A program made the translations under genes and the position numbers. 64,000 nt of DNA from Candidatus Latescibacterota bacterium (GTDB lineage: Bacteria; Latescibacterota; UBA2968; GCA-2709665). How positions within the stretch are numbered: position 1 is the first letter of the stretch; each line of letters begins with the position of its first letter. The notes beneath the pieces were generated by a model. That model was not told the DNA's origin, did not search any database, and worked only from the letters and a program-made list of their open reading frames with translations. Location: contig OZ252100.1 in assembly GCA_965248435.1 (NCBI GenBank), positions 5,056,001 to 5,120,000 of the forward strand, read 5' to 3'. Shown in pieces: positions 9,602-18,802 of the stretch.

Positions 9602-10054
9602 CTAGACGCCGAGACGCGTAGCTACGAAGTTTATTGCTCGATTACTGGATCCAGCAAATGCCGCGGTTTCAGGATCGAACCTGTATCCCTCCCTGGTGGG
9701 TCTGACTTCTACGACCCCCTGGGGTGCGAAAAAGCTCACTCGGTACTCCCCGTTCACATTGGTCAAGGTGCGTCTTGTTTCCGCGACGGGATCGACGATT
9801 GTCATGGTTATGGCCACGTCAGGAACTCTCGTTTCAACAGAATTACGGTACTCGACCACAGTACCTGTGATCGCCCAATGTTGGCTTTCGGTGGAGTCAG
9901 AATGGGAACTATTTGGGCTTTCACAGCCACTCCCGCCCGTACTTCCACCGCCACCTGAACTTTTACTTTGAGTCTGGCAGTTTACGATCAGGAGCATTCC
10001 AAACAGGAAGGGAATCCCCAGTCTGAACGTGCGATTGAGCCTCGAGTTTGTCAT
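9602..10054 (-). CDS. Putative lipoprotein with a carboxypeptidase-regulatory/transthyretin-like beta domain (paralog 3 of 3)
   Basis: Shared leader MTNSRLNRTFRLGIPFLFGMLLIVNC, GGSGC, VEVRPTREGYRFDP and NFVATR. Confidence 0.75.
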   Translation of the reverse strand: MTNSRLNRTFRLGIPFLFGMLLIVNCQTQSKSSGGGGSTGGSGCESPNSSHSDSTESQHWAITGTVVEYRNSVETRVPDVAITMTIVDPVAETRRTLTNVNGEYRVSFFAPQGVVEVRPTREGYRFDPETAAFAGSSNRAINFVATRLGV

Positions 10055-10075
10055 CTTTCAGTCCTCCCTGGAATG

Positions 10076-10495
10076 CTAACCGCCAGTCCGCGAAGCCGTA
10101 AAGTTTACCCCCCCGCGAGGACGTCCACGATAGACCGTGGGATTGAATCTGTATCCCTCCCTTGATGGCCGGACTTCCACCGAGTTCACACCCCCGACGT
10201 GCAACCGGAAATTTCCGCCGCCGTTGGTCTTGACCTTGAGGATGTTGCTTGCGGCCGCTTGTGGATTGATGATCACGGACAGAGTAACGTCGGGCACGTT
10301 CGTTACGACACCATTGCGGGACTCGAACACGGTTCCACTGACCACCGTTTGAACATGTGGGGTTTGTGTCGGGGCCACGGGACTTGCGCAGCCGCTCCCA
10401 CTTCCGCCCTCAGATACGCAGTTGACGACCAGCATCATCCCGAAGAGGATCGGGATCCCCGTTCTGAGCGTGCGGTTGAACCTGGAGTTAGTCAT
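10076..10495 (-). CDS. Putative lipoprotein, same family (paralog 2 of 3)
   Basis: MTNSRFNRTLRTGIPILFGMMLVVNC, GSGC, VEVRPSREGYRFNP and NFTASR. Confidence 0.75.
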   Translation of the reverse strand: MTNSRFNRTLRTGIPILFGMMLVVNCVSEGGSGSGCASPVAPTQTPHVQTVVSGTVFESRNGVVTNVPDVTLSVIINPQAAASNILKVKTNGGGNFRLHVGGVNSVEVRPSREGYRFNPTVYRGRPRGGVNFTASRTGG

Positions 10496-10517
10496 TTCTT
10501 AACTCCCATCGAGACTG

Positions 10518-10964
10518 CTAGACGCCAGAGCGCGAAGCTGTAAAGTTCAGGGCCTGGCTGGGAGGTCCCCGAAAGACTTCAGGATCGAACCTGTATCCCG
10601 CCTTTGTCGGCCTGACTTCTACCTCCCCTGCCCGTGGGCTGAGTTCCAGCCGGAACTGTCCGTTGATGTCGGTCTTGACCGTCATTACGTTCAGGACCCG
10701 GGGTTTGGTCCCGTAAGATTGATGCGTTTTGACTGTAACCGTCACGGCGACGCCGGGAACTTTCGTCTTGCCGGAACCTTGGGACTCGATTATGGCACCG
10801 CCGACCACCTTGGGTCTTGGGGCTCCGCCTCCTTGAGACATATTCGGCATCTCGCAGCCGCTCCCGCCTTTGCTTCCCTCCGACGCGCAGTTCACGACCA
10901 GCATCATTCCGAACAGGAAAGGGATGGTCATTCTCAACGCTCGATTGGATCCTGGATTCGTCAT
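10518..10964 (-). CDS. Putative lipoprotein, same family (paralog 1 of 3)
   Basis: MTNPGSNRALRMTIPFLFGMMLVVNC, GGSGC, VEVRPTKAGYRFDP and NFTASR; GGGAGG RBS. Confidence 0.75.
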   Translation of the reverse strand: MTNPGSNRALRMTIPFLFGMMLVVNCASEGSKGGSGCEMPNMSQGGGAPRPKVVGGAIIESQGSGKTKVPGVAVTVTVKTHQSYGTKPRVLNVMTVKTDINGQFRLELSPRAGEVEVRPTKAGYRFDPEVFRGPPSQALNFTASRSGV

Positions 10965-11029
10965 CTCTGACCTCCCAGTTTTCGGACTTAGTTTCGATCA
11001 AAGAATCTATCTCTCTACCCGGTCTCCAT

Positions 11030-11045
11030 TGCAAGCCCCGTGCCG
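11030..11045 (-). promoter_or_regulatory. Sigma54 (-24/-12) promoter for the lipoprotein operon
   Basis: Minus strand CGGCACG-GGGC-TTGCA matches YGGCACG-N4-TTGCW, about 65 bp upstream of the start at 10964. Confidence 0.7.
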
Positions 11046-11490
11046 CTTCAGTGAATCCGTTCTTTGAATGCTTTTAAGGGTAATATTTACAATGGTATAG
11101 GAGGGTATTTCGGACGGCCGTGTCTCTGAATCCTGGTATCTGGAAGACTGCATAGACTTGCGCTTCTTTGCGCGAAGCTTCGCGAGATGGCATAGCGTCG
11201 CTTTCGGAATAGGTTTTGGTGAAGGGCTCGATCTCATATCGCGTCGCCCCCAGCGAACAAGGAATTTCCTCTACCCAATCTCCGAGGATCCGCTATATTC
11301 CTTCCAGGCGCCTCTAGCTGGAGTTGCCTCGTTTCATCCAGTGGTTGCAGCGGGCGCTGACCTCTCCCTCGCTGAAGAACACACCGAACTCTCCTCCATA
11401 GATCCTGTCCATTCGAAGCCACGCAGGCCTTTGACCCCGATCCGTTCATCGGAGTTCAATGGTCTCAAGTGTCAGCCTTGTCCCGAATCC

Positions 11491-11961
11491 ATGATCTCGA
11501 TCGATCGCGCCGAGCCCTCAGATTTTCTGGCCATCGCCCATCTGGATCGCATCGCCTGGCTGAAGTATCCTCAATCCGAGTTCATCCCGGACGGCGAACA
11601 CGTCTGGCGGCTCTGGGTCGAGCACGCGTTCGTCTACTGCGCCAGGGAGGCGGACAGTATCGTCGGGGCGGTCCTCGTCTTTCCGACGTTGACCGGACCG
11701 TTCTGCCTCCACAAGGCTTTTGTGGCAGAGGAACACCGGGGGAAAGGGATCGGGACGAAGCTGATCGACGCCGTCCTGTCGGAGGTGGATGATGCGGGAG
11801 GGGACTGTTTTCTGACTGTCAACCCCTCCAACGAGGCGGCGCTGCGGCTTTACGAGTCCTGGGGGTTCACGGAGCGGAAGTTTGTGGCCGGGTTCTACCG
11901 GGAACAGGAGGATCGGTTCGTGCTCACGCGCAGGGCCGCGAACGGGCGCGGGGCCGAATGA
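11491..11961 (+). CDS. GNAT family N-acetyltransferase
   Basis: FVAEEHRGKGIGTKL and VNPSNEAALRLYESWGF; likely start ATG 11491. Confidence 0.85.
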   Translation: MISIDRAEPSDFLAIAHLDRIAWLKYPQSEFIPDGEHVWRLWVEHAFVYCAREADSIVGAVLVFPTLTGPFCLHKAFVAEEHRGKGIGTKLIDAVLSEVDDAGGDCFLTVNPSNEAALRLYESWGFTERKFVAGFYREQEDRFVLTRRAANGRGAE

Positions 11962-12590
11962 TACTGTTCGTCGCGATCTTCATTCCGGCCGTACTGCTGC
12001 TGCAGGCCAACCCCTTCGCCCTGTTCGAGGCGGGCCGCTTCGAAGCGGCCAGGGCAGGCTTCGAGCGCCGGCTGGAGACCCGTCCGAACGACCCGGAGGC
12101 GCTTTACTTTCTTGGACGGCTTTCACCATCAGGGGCGGTGTCCAGGGGCTTCTTCGAAAGGCTGCTGGCGGCACACCCGAAGCACGCGCTGGCGGATGAC
12201 GCCCTTTTCGAGCTGGCCGAGGCCGACTACGGCGGGGGACAGGGGCTCTACCTCACGGCCCGGCGCCGTTATCGACGCCTTCTGTCTTCCTATCGCGACA
12301 GCCCCCTGGCGCCGCGGGCCCACTACAGAGTCGGGCTGACCTTTCTGATCACCCGGAAGCCAGACTCCGCGGCCGTCGCGTTCAGGGCCGTGCTGGACCG
12401 GTTCCCGAGGTCTGATGTCAGGGCGCTTGCCCACCTCGGCATCGTGGACGCGAACGTCCAGGGGAATCACAGGGAAGCGGCGCTGCGGGAGGCGGAGGCC
12501 TTGCTGGCCAGTGATCCGGAAGGGATAAGAGAGATTGTGGAGGAGCGCATTCGACGGTTGAAATACGCCAGCGCTGGGGGAATGGAGTAA
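11958..12590 (+). CDS. Secreted TPR protein (YbgF/BamD-like repeats)
   Basis: Signal peptide; ALYFLG, ADDALFELA and APRAHYRVG TPR helices with xP.S.xA linkers. Confidence 0.75.
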   Translation: MILFVAIFIPAVLLLQANPFALFEAGRFEAARAGFERRLETRPNDPEALYFLGRLSPSGAVSRGFFERLLAAHPKHALADDALFELAEADYGGGQGLYLTARRRYRRLLSSYRDSPLAPRAHYRVGLTFLITRKPDSAAVAFRAVLDRFPRSDVRALAHLGIVDANVQGNHREAALREAEALLASDPEGIREIVEERIRRLKYASAGGME

Positions 12591-12770
12591 TGGAGTATTG
12601 GAGTAATGGGAAACAAGAATCCGGAGTATTGGAGATTTGGAAAACTATGGCCGAATGCAGTCCGTTTATCCAACACTCCATCATTCCAGTACTGTCATAC
12701 TACAGAATCCCAGAGCCCGTAGCTTGACGAACAGCAATGAGGAATGGAGTAATTTGGATTGATGGAATAC
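12581..12770. repeat. Octamer (TGGAGTAW) tandem arrays in forward-inverted-forward arrangement upstream of the four-helix-bundle gene
   Basis: aatggagtaatggagtattggagtaatggg at 12581; inverted tccaacactccatcattccagtact at 12669; ggaatggagtaatttggattgatgg at 12741. Confidence 0.85.
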
Positions 12771-13337
12771 ACTACTTTCAGAAATAAAAACCGCGGGTAC
12801 ATGAAGTTGGAGGTCTGGCAGAAGTCGATGGAACTTTTCGACTTTACATGGAGATTGGTTAAGAATTCAGATGTCGACCTCAGGCTTCGGTCACAGATTT
12901 ACGGTTCTGTTCAATCAATTTCGGCGAATATCGCTGAAGGGTATTCTCGTCGTACCGTGAACGATTATCTGAGGTTTCTGTACATATCTCTTGGTTCATT
13001 GTCGGAATCCCTGACGAGGCTGGCTGGCCTGAAGGAAACGGGTCAGATCTCAAGCTCGCAGTTCGAAGAAATAGACAAGCTCCACTACGAGGTCGAAAAC
13101 AAGCTTTTGAGGCTCGTGCAGTCGCTTGAAAACAAGAAAGATGAAGGGTCTTGGATGGACCGAATTTCAGAAGAGGAGGAAATATATATCCCGGGTTCTG
13201 AGAGTCTAGAACTGGATAAGGAGAGTAATGAGAACGCAGACGTTCCAATACTCCAACACTCCAGTACTGCAATACTCCAGAGTCGGGCAGCTGAAAAGCT
13301 GGTAACAGGGGATTGGAGTAAGCGAGGTAATGGATAG
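12762..13337 (+). CDS. Four-helix-bundle protein (TIGR02436 / 23S rRNA IVP-like)
   Basis: KLEVWQKSMEL, SQIxxSVQSISANIAEGYSR and YLRFLYISLGSLSESLT; more AT-rich than its neighbours. Confidence 0.9.
   Translation: MEYTTFRNKNRGYMKLEVWQKSMELFDFTWRLVKNSDVDLRLRSQIYGSVQSISANIAEGYSRRTVNDYLRFLYISLGSLSESLTRLAGLKETGQISSSQFEEIDKLHYEVENKLLRLVQSLENKKDEGSWMDRISEEEEIYIPGSESLELDKESNENADVPILQHSSTAILQSRAAEKLVTGDWSKRGNG
13243..13335. repeat. Inverted octamer array at the 3' side of the four-helix-bundle gene
   Basis: ttccaatactccaacactccagtactgcaatactccag, then forward ggattggagtaa running into the mutS start. Confidence 0.85.
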
Positions 13338-15990
13338 GAAAATAGAAAAAGGAACCACACCGGCCATGGAGCAGTTTCTGGGCTTCAAGGCCGAATACCC
13401 GGACGCCATTCTGCTGTTTCGGATGGGGGACTTCTACGAGACCTTCTACGATGACGCGGTGGAGGCGTCCCACCTGCTGGGCCTGACCCTGACCGCACGC
13501 AACAACGGCCGTACGGACAAGGTGCCCATGGCCGGGGTTCCCCATCATGCCGTGGACGCCTATCTCGCCCGGTTGATCAAGGCCGGAAAGAAGGTGGCCA
13601 TATGCGAGCAGATGGAGCCGCCCCAGGCAGGAAAAAAGATCGTGCGTCGTGAAGTCGTTCAGGTGGTCTCTCCAGGCACGGCACTTTCAGAGAACCTGCT
13701 GGATCAGAGGAGAAACAACTACCTCGCAGCGCTCTGTCTCCTGGATGACCGGGTGGGTCTGGCCGTGATCGATCATTCGACGGGCGCCTTCCGGGTGTCG
13801 GAGGACAGCCCCGACCGCCTCTGGGAGGCGCTGCAGAGCGTCGATCCGGCCGAGATCGTCGCGCCGGAGTCCTGGGCGGAGGCCAACGAAACATTGTGTC
13901 TCCAGAAGTTGCCCGGTGCTGTTCTGAGCGGTTACGAGGAGTGGACCTTCAGTTACAACTACGCCTACGATGCCCTTCGGGAGCAGTTTCGAGTCTCCTC
14001 CCTCAAAGGGTTCGACTGCGAGGATTTGAAGGCGGGGATCTGCGCGGCGGGTGGAGCGGTCGCATATCTCAAGCGAAACCAAAAGGGCGAGCTTTCTCAC
14101 CTTACCCGCATGTCCCGGGAACGTACAGGGGTCTCGATGACCCTGGATCTGGTGACCCAGCGGAATCTGGAGCTGATTACGTCCATTCAGGAGCATCGAC
14201 GAGATGGCACGCTGCTTTCCGTGTTGGACAGAACGGGCACCTCTATGGGTGCTCGAATGATCCGAACCTGGCTGACCGCCCCTCTGTTGGAGATCTCCAG
14301 GATCGACGCTCGGCTGGACGCAGTGGAGGAATTCGTTCAGGCACCGGCGTTGAGAGCTGCAGTTCGTGAGGGGCTTCGAGACGTGGGGGATCTGGAGCGA
14401 CTGATGTCCAGGGTCTGCTGCGGCCGAGCCAATCCCCGGGACGTGGCGGGGCTGAAGACGTCGGTGCTTGCCCTGCCGCCCCTTCGGGATGCGCTCCAGG
14501 AGGCCTGTTCCCGGCTGCTGAAAACGATACGGGAAGCGGAGATGCCCGACCTGGGGCGGCTCGCCGATCTGATCGACCAAACGCTGGCAGAGGAGCCCCC
14601 AGCTACGCTGAGCGATGGGGGAATCATCCGGAAGGGTTTGAACGCGGATCTGGATGAGCTCAGGGAAGTGGCCTCGGGCGGGCGATCGTGGGTCGCCGCC
14701 CTGCAGACCCAGGAACGCAAGCGAACGGGTATTCCTTCATTGAAAGTGGGCTACAACAGGGCATTCGGATATTACATCGAGGTGACGAAGGCGAACGCAG
14801 ATCGCGCGCCGAGCGACTACATCCGAAAACAGACCCTGGTGAATGCCGAAAGGTATATCACGCCCGAGCTGAAAGACTGGGAGGCCAGGATCCTGGGGGC
14901 CGACGATCGGGCGAAGGAGCTTGAAAAGGAGCTGTTTCTCCAGTTGATACAGAAAATCGCGGGATGGGTCGAGGCTGTTCAGTGGAACGCCCGGAGCGTG
15001 GCCAGGGTGGATGTCCTGGCTTCGCTGGCAGAGGTGGCTGCGTTGAACGACTATGTCCGTCCGACCGTTGTGGAGGATAAAGTCATCCAGATCGATGCGG
15101 GCCGTCATCCGGTCGCGGAACAGCTCTTGCCCGACGGGAAGTTCGTGCCGAACGATGTCCTCGTGGACGCGCAGCAGGCGCAGATCCTGATCATCACCGG
15201 TCCGAACATGGCCGGGAAGTCGACGATCCTGCGCCAGGTCGGTCTGATCGTGATGATGGCCCAGCTGGGCAGCTTCGTGCCAGCAGCATCGGCGAGGGTG
15301 GGCGTCGTGGACCGGATCTTTACGCGCGTGGGCGCTTCGGACAATCTCGCCGCGGGAGAAAGTACCTTCCTGGTGGAGATGAACGAGGCCGCCAACATCC
15401 TCAACAATGCGACGCCCAGGAGCCTGGTGCTCCTGGATGAGATCGGAAGGGGGACGAGCACCTTCGACGGGTTGAGCATCGCGTGGGCGATGACGGAGCA
15501 CCTGCACAATTCCGCGGGAATCTGTCCACGGACGCTTTTCGCGACCCATTATCACGAGCTTACGGAACTGGAGGAGGTCCTGCCTCGTGTGGTGAATCAG
15601 AGTGTGGCCGTTCGCAAGGTGGGGGATGAGATCGCCTTCCTGCACCGGCTCGTGCCAGGGGGATGTGATCGGAGCTACGGGATCGAGGTCGCACGATTGG
15701 CCGGTATGCCGACCGAACTGATTGCGCGCGCCAAGGAGGTCCTCGCTCGGCTGGAAACGAACGACCTGACGCTGAAGGGCTCGGCTGTCAGCCGCTCACG
15801 ACGTCGGAATGAACGCACCGATCAGATGGGTCTGTTCGCACCGGGCGAGGAACCGCCAGCCCAGCCGGAAGCGCATCTCATCCTGTCGGAACTTCGGGAC
15901 CTGGATATCGGGAACACAACACCTGTCGAGGCCCTGCGAAGGCTGGATGCGTGGAAACGGCAGGTCGATGGGGAAGGAACGAACCCCTAA
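13330..15990 (+). CDS. mutS: DNA mismatch repair protein MutS
   Basis: FRMGDFYE, PMAGVP, ITGPNMAGKST, DRIFTRVGASD, STFLVEM, DEIGRGTST and FATHYHEL. Confidence 0.98.
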   Translation: MDRKIEKGTTPAMEQFLGFKAEYPDAILLFRMGDFYETFYDDAVEASHLLGLTLTARNNGRTDKVPMAGVPHHAVDAYLARLIKAGKKVAICEQMEPPQAGKKIVRREVVQVVSPGTALSENLLDQRRNNYLAALCLLDDRVGLAVIDHSTGAFRVSEDSPDRLWEALQSVDPAEIVAPESWAEANETLCLQKLPGAVLSGYEEWTFSYNYAYDALREQFRVSSLKGFDCEDLKAGICAAGGAVAYLKRNQKGELSHLTRMSRERTGVSMTLDLVTQRNLELITSIQEHRRDGTLLSVLDRTGTSMGARMIRTWLTAPLLEISRIDARLDAVEEFVQAPALRAAVREGLRDVGDLERLMSRVCCGRANPRDVAGLKTSVLALPPLRDALQEACSRLLKTIREAEMPDLGRLADLIDQTLAEEPPATLSDGGIIRKGLNADLDELREVASGGRSWVAALQTQERKRTGIPSLKVGYNRAFGYYIEVTKANADRAPSDYIRKQTLVNAERYITPELKDWEARILGADDRAKELEKELFLQLIQKIAGWVEAVQWNARSVARVDVLASLAEVAALNDYVRPTVVEDKVIQIDAGRHPVAEQLLPDGKFVPNDVLVDAQQAQILIITGPNMAGKSTILRQVGLIVMMAQLGSFVPAASARVGVVDRIFTRVGASDNLAAGESTFLVEMNEAANILNNATPRSLVLLDEIGRGTSTFDGLSIAWAMTEHLHNSAGICPRTLFATHYHELTELEEVLPRVVNQSVAVRKVGDEIAFLHRLVPGGCDRSYGIEVARLAGMPTELIARAKEVLARLETNDLTLKGSAVSRSRRRNERTDQMGLFAPGEEPPAQPEAHLILSELRDLDIGNTTPVEALRRLDAWKRQVDGEGTNP

Positions 15991-16230
15991 GAACCGGGTA
16001 CCGGGATAGGTAGATAGGTTACAGAGACCTGACGGTTTGGGGGCGACGCCTGCGTCGCCCCGGGAAATCAAGACACGGGTACCGGGTACCGCAAGGCCTG
16101 AAAGCCATTCAATTGCGGATTGCGGATTTGGGATTGGCGATTGAAAGGCTGTCCCCTCCTTGGAGGAGTGCCCGGTTCGCAGTTCACAGGGGATAGCTGC
16201 GGCACGATGTAAGCAGGGGGCGGGGTGGGT
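15988..16230 (+). repeat. Mosaic of intergenic repeats: GGTACC element, GC-rich palindrome, GCGGATT heptamers and a CCCCTCC-type half element
   Basis: taagaaccgggtaccggg; gggcgacgcctgcgtcgccc; gggaaatcaagacacgggtaccgggtaccgcaa; caattgcggattgcggatttgggattg; gtcccctccttggaggag...ggggtgggt. Confidence 0.8.
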
Positions 16231-16353
16231 AATTTGGCGAGCGGAAATGAATCAGGGGTCCGACGACATAATGTCGGGCCCCTTTGTCGTTCCTCGAATC
16301 TGAACGTTGTTCATCGTGCGGTCGGCGGTCGGCCGTCCGCGGTCTGCCCTTGG

Positions 16354-18543
16354 CTACGCATCGTCCGGCGCTTCGTCCACGCGCTGCACATCTGTCACAC
16401 CCCGTACTTCGAGGAGCTTCTTAAAAAGCGTGGCGAGTTGATCTCTGCTTTTGATTTCAACCAGGAATCGGTCGCCAACGACGCCGTCCGCGGATTTTAA
16501 CTCGCCTTCGAGCACCTGGACCCCCTGGTCGGACATGGCGTGAGTGACGTCCCGTAAAAAGTTGGGCCGGTCTTCACCCGAGACTTTGATCTCGATCGAA
16601 TAGGAGACTTCCTGTTCCGTGTCCCAGTCCAGATCCAGGATGCGATCTTGCTCCACTTCCGAGTTCGAGACATTGAGGCAGTCCCTCCTGTGCACTGAAA
16701 CACCCCGGCCGCGAGTGATGATCCCCAGGATCGGATCGCCCGGGATGGGCCGGCAGCAGCGCGCAAAGTGGGTCAGCAGGTTGTTGAGGCCCCGAATGTT
16801 GATGAGGCTCTTGTGGTCGTTGCGTGAAGGCTCGGTCCGGAGCGGCCGGATCGCGGGACGGGCCTTCGGGAAAAGTTTTTGAAAGACTCTGTCCAGGCTA
16901 ACGTCCCCGTTGCCGATTCCCGCGTAGAGCTGTTCCGCGTTCCGAAATCCGGTGTCGACCGCCGCCTGAAGGAGCTTCTCGTCCTCGACCCGTTTCCTGC
17001 GTTTCTTGAGTTCCCGGCTGACCATGTCCCGGCCGAGCTTCACGCTCTGCGAGTGTTCCTCCTCTCGAAGCCAGCGGCGAATTCGACTCCGGGCCTTCGC
17101 GCTCTTGATGAAATGCAGCCAGTCTCGACTGGGATGCTGATGCGGGGAGGTCATCACCTCGACCGTATTCCCGGTCTGAAGCGCGGTCGATAGCGGGACC
17201 ATCTGCCCCTTGACCCTCGCCCCCGTGCAGCGCAGCCCGATGTCCGTATGTATCGCAAACGCAAAATCGATCGGGGTGGCGCCCTCGGGGAGCCTGATAA
17301 GATCGCCCTTGGGTGTGAACACGAATATCTCTCTCGGAAAGAGGTCGACCTTCAGATCTTCCATGAACTCCTGAGGGTCGGTCGTCTCTCTAATCCATTC
17401 GAGAAGACCGCGGAGCCAGACGACGTGTCGGTCCAGGTCGGAGGGTGCCTGCTTCCCCTCCTTGTATCGCCAATGAGATGCGATTCCGACCTCGGCGATT
17501 TGATGCATCTCCCACGTCCTGATCTGGACTTCCATCATCATCCCTTTTGGCCCGATGATGGTCGTGTGAAGGGATTGATACATGTTCGCCTTGGGCGTCG
17601 CGATAAAGTCCTTGAACCTGGCCATGACCGGGGTGTAGAGGCTGTGGACGATACCGAGCACCTCGTAGCATTCGGGGACCGTGTTGAGGATGATCCTTAC
17701 GGCCATCAGGTCATACATCTCATCGATGGACACGCCGCGGCGTTTCATCTTACCGTATATGCTGTAGTAACTCTTGGGTCGCCCCGTGATATCGGCTTCG
17801 ATTTCCGCCTTTTCCAATGCCTGCTGGATCGGCAGCCGGGCCTCCTCGATATAGGCCTCGCGTTCCTCCTTCGTTAGATTGATCCTCTCCTCGATCGTCT
17901 GGTAGGTCTCAGACTCCAGCCATTTGAGGCTCAAGTCTTCCATCTCTGCGCGGATGCGGGCCATGCCGAGACGATGCGCGAGGGGGGCATAGATGTCTCT
18001 GCTTTCGAGCGCCATCCTTTGTTGGATGTCAGGCTCGAGGAACTGCAGGGTGTGCAGATTATGGAGGCGGTCTGCGAATTTGATCAGCACAACGCGGATG
18101 TCCTTGACCGTAGAAAGGAGCATCTTGCGGAAGTTCTCGGCCTGTTCCGCTTCGGGCGATTGGAAGGTGAGGTCTTTGATACGGGTCACGCCGTCGACGA
18201 GCGTCGCGATCGCCTCCCCGAACTCGGTTTCGATGTCGCCGAGTGGGACATCGGTGTTCTCGACGACGTCGTGGAGCAGGCCGGCTGCCACCGTGGAGGA
18301 ATCCAGGTTGAGCTCTGCGATGATGTTCGCGACCTGGGTTACGTGGTGGATGTAGGGCTGTCCTGATTTTCTGAATTGGTTCTCGTGGACGCGTTCGGCG
18401 AACTCGTAGGCTCTGGAGATCAACTCCACGTCGTGGTTATGCCGGACGGCCGAAGCGGCCTTGAGAAGTTCCTGGAGTCCGAAGGGTCTGGAGTCTGCGG
18501 GGATGAAATCCGAAGCGGCGTTATGCTCGACAAGCGATGCCAA
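16354..18543 (-). CDS. spoT: Long RelA/SpoT homologue, (p)ppGpp synthetase/hydrolase
   Basis: HD domain, ADRLHN, YAPLAHRLG, GRPKSYYSI, YQSLHT, EVQIRT, TGS domain (VFTPKG...DFAFAIHT), CCxPIPGD and ACT domain. Confidence 0.95.
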   Translation of the reverse strand: MASLVEHNAASDFIPADSRPFGLQELLKAASAVRHNHDVELISRAYEFAERVHENQFRKSGQPYIHHVTQVANIIAELNLDSSTVAAGLLHDVVENTDVPLGDIETEFGEAIATLVDGVTRIKDLTFQSPEAEQAENFRKMLLSTVKDIRVVLIKFADRLHNLHTLQFLEPDIQQRMALESRDIYAPLAHRLGMARIRAEMEDLSLKWLESETYQTIEERINLTKEEREAYIEEARLPIQQALEKAEIEADITGRPKSYYSIYGKMKRRGVSIDEMYDLMAVRIILNTVPECYEVLGIVHSLYTPVMARFKDFIATPKANMYQSLHTTIIGPKGMMMEVQIRTWEMHQIAEVGIASHWRYKEGKQAPSDLDRHVVWLRGLLEWIRETTDPQEFMEDLKVDLFPREIFVFTPKGDLIRLPEGATPIDFAFAIHTDIGLRCTGARVKGQMVPLSTALQTGNTVEVMTSPHQHPSRDWLHFIKSAKARSRIRRWLREEEHSQSVKLGRDMVSRELKKRRKRVEDEKLLQAAVDTGFRNAEQLYAGIGNGDVSLDRVFQKLFPKARPAIRPLRTEPSRNDHKSLINIRGLNNLLTHFARCCRPIPGDPILGIITRGRGVSVHRRDCLNVSNSEVEQDRILDLDWDTEQEVSYSIEIKVSGEDRPNFLRDVTHAMSDQGVQVLEGELKSADGVVGDRFLVEIKSRDQLATLFKKLLEVRGVTDVQRVDEAPDDA

Positions 18544-18802
18544 GAAACGATCTCCGAAGCGATCGGATGGGAACGGCCTGTAAACGTGGATCGGGCGATG
18601 CGCTGAGCAGCCGCCCTATGGGACCTCAAAACCGGGTCCCAGGCAGGACCATAATATAGACAATTCGCGGTCCGAATTCCAGCCGGGCCCGGGTATTGAA
18701 AAACCTCGCTTCTGTCGTGGATTTTCACAGCTGTGCCTGGAAGGAGACAGTGCGGGGCACCGAATCGGAACGGGACCCGGGCGGGTTGCGGAGGTAAGCA
18801 GA

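Noticed and set aside
9602-10964. RiPP precursor peptides (conserved leader, variable core)
   Set aside because: Leaders are hydrophobic signal-like peptides, the C-terminal parts look like a folded beta domain, and no modifying enzymes are adjacent
11158-11490. N-terminal extension of the GNAT protein
   Set aside because: TTG start with no domain-like sequence; the GNAT fold begins at ATG 11491
12418-12684. Short minus-strand ORFs containing LQYSITP / ILHYSIP
   Set aside because: Translations of the octamer repeat array
12762-13337. Diversity-generating retroelement (Avd-like gene)
   Set aside because: No reverse transcriptase and no TR/VR pair with adenine-specific mismatches in the window
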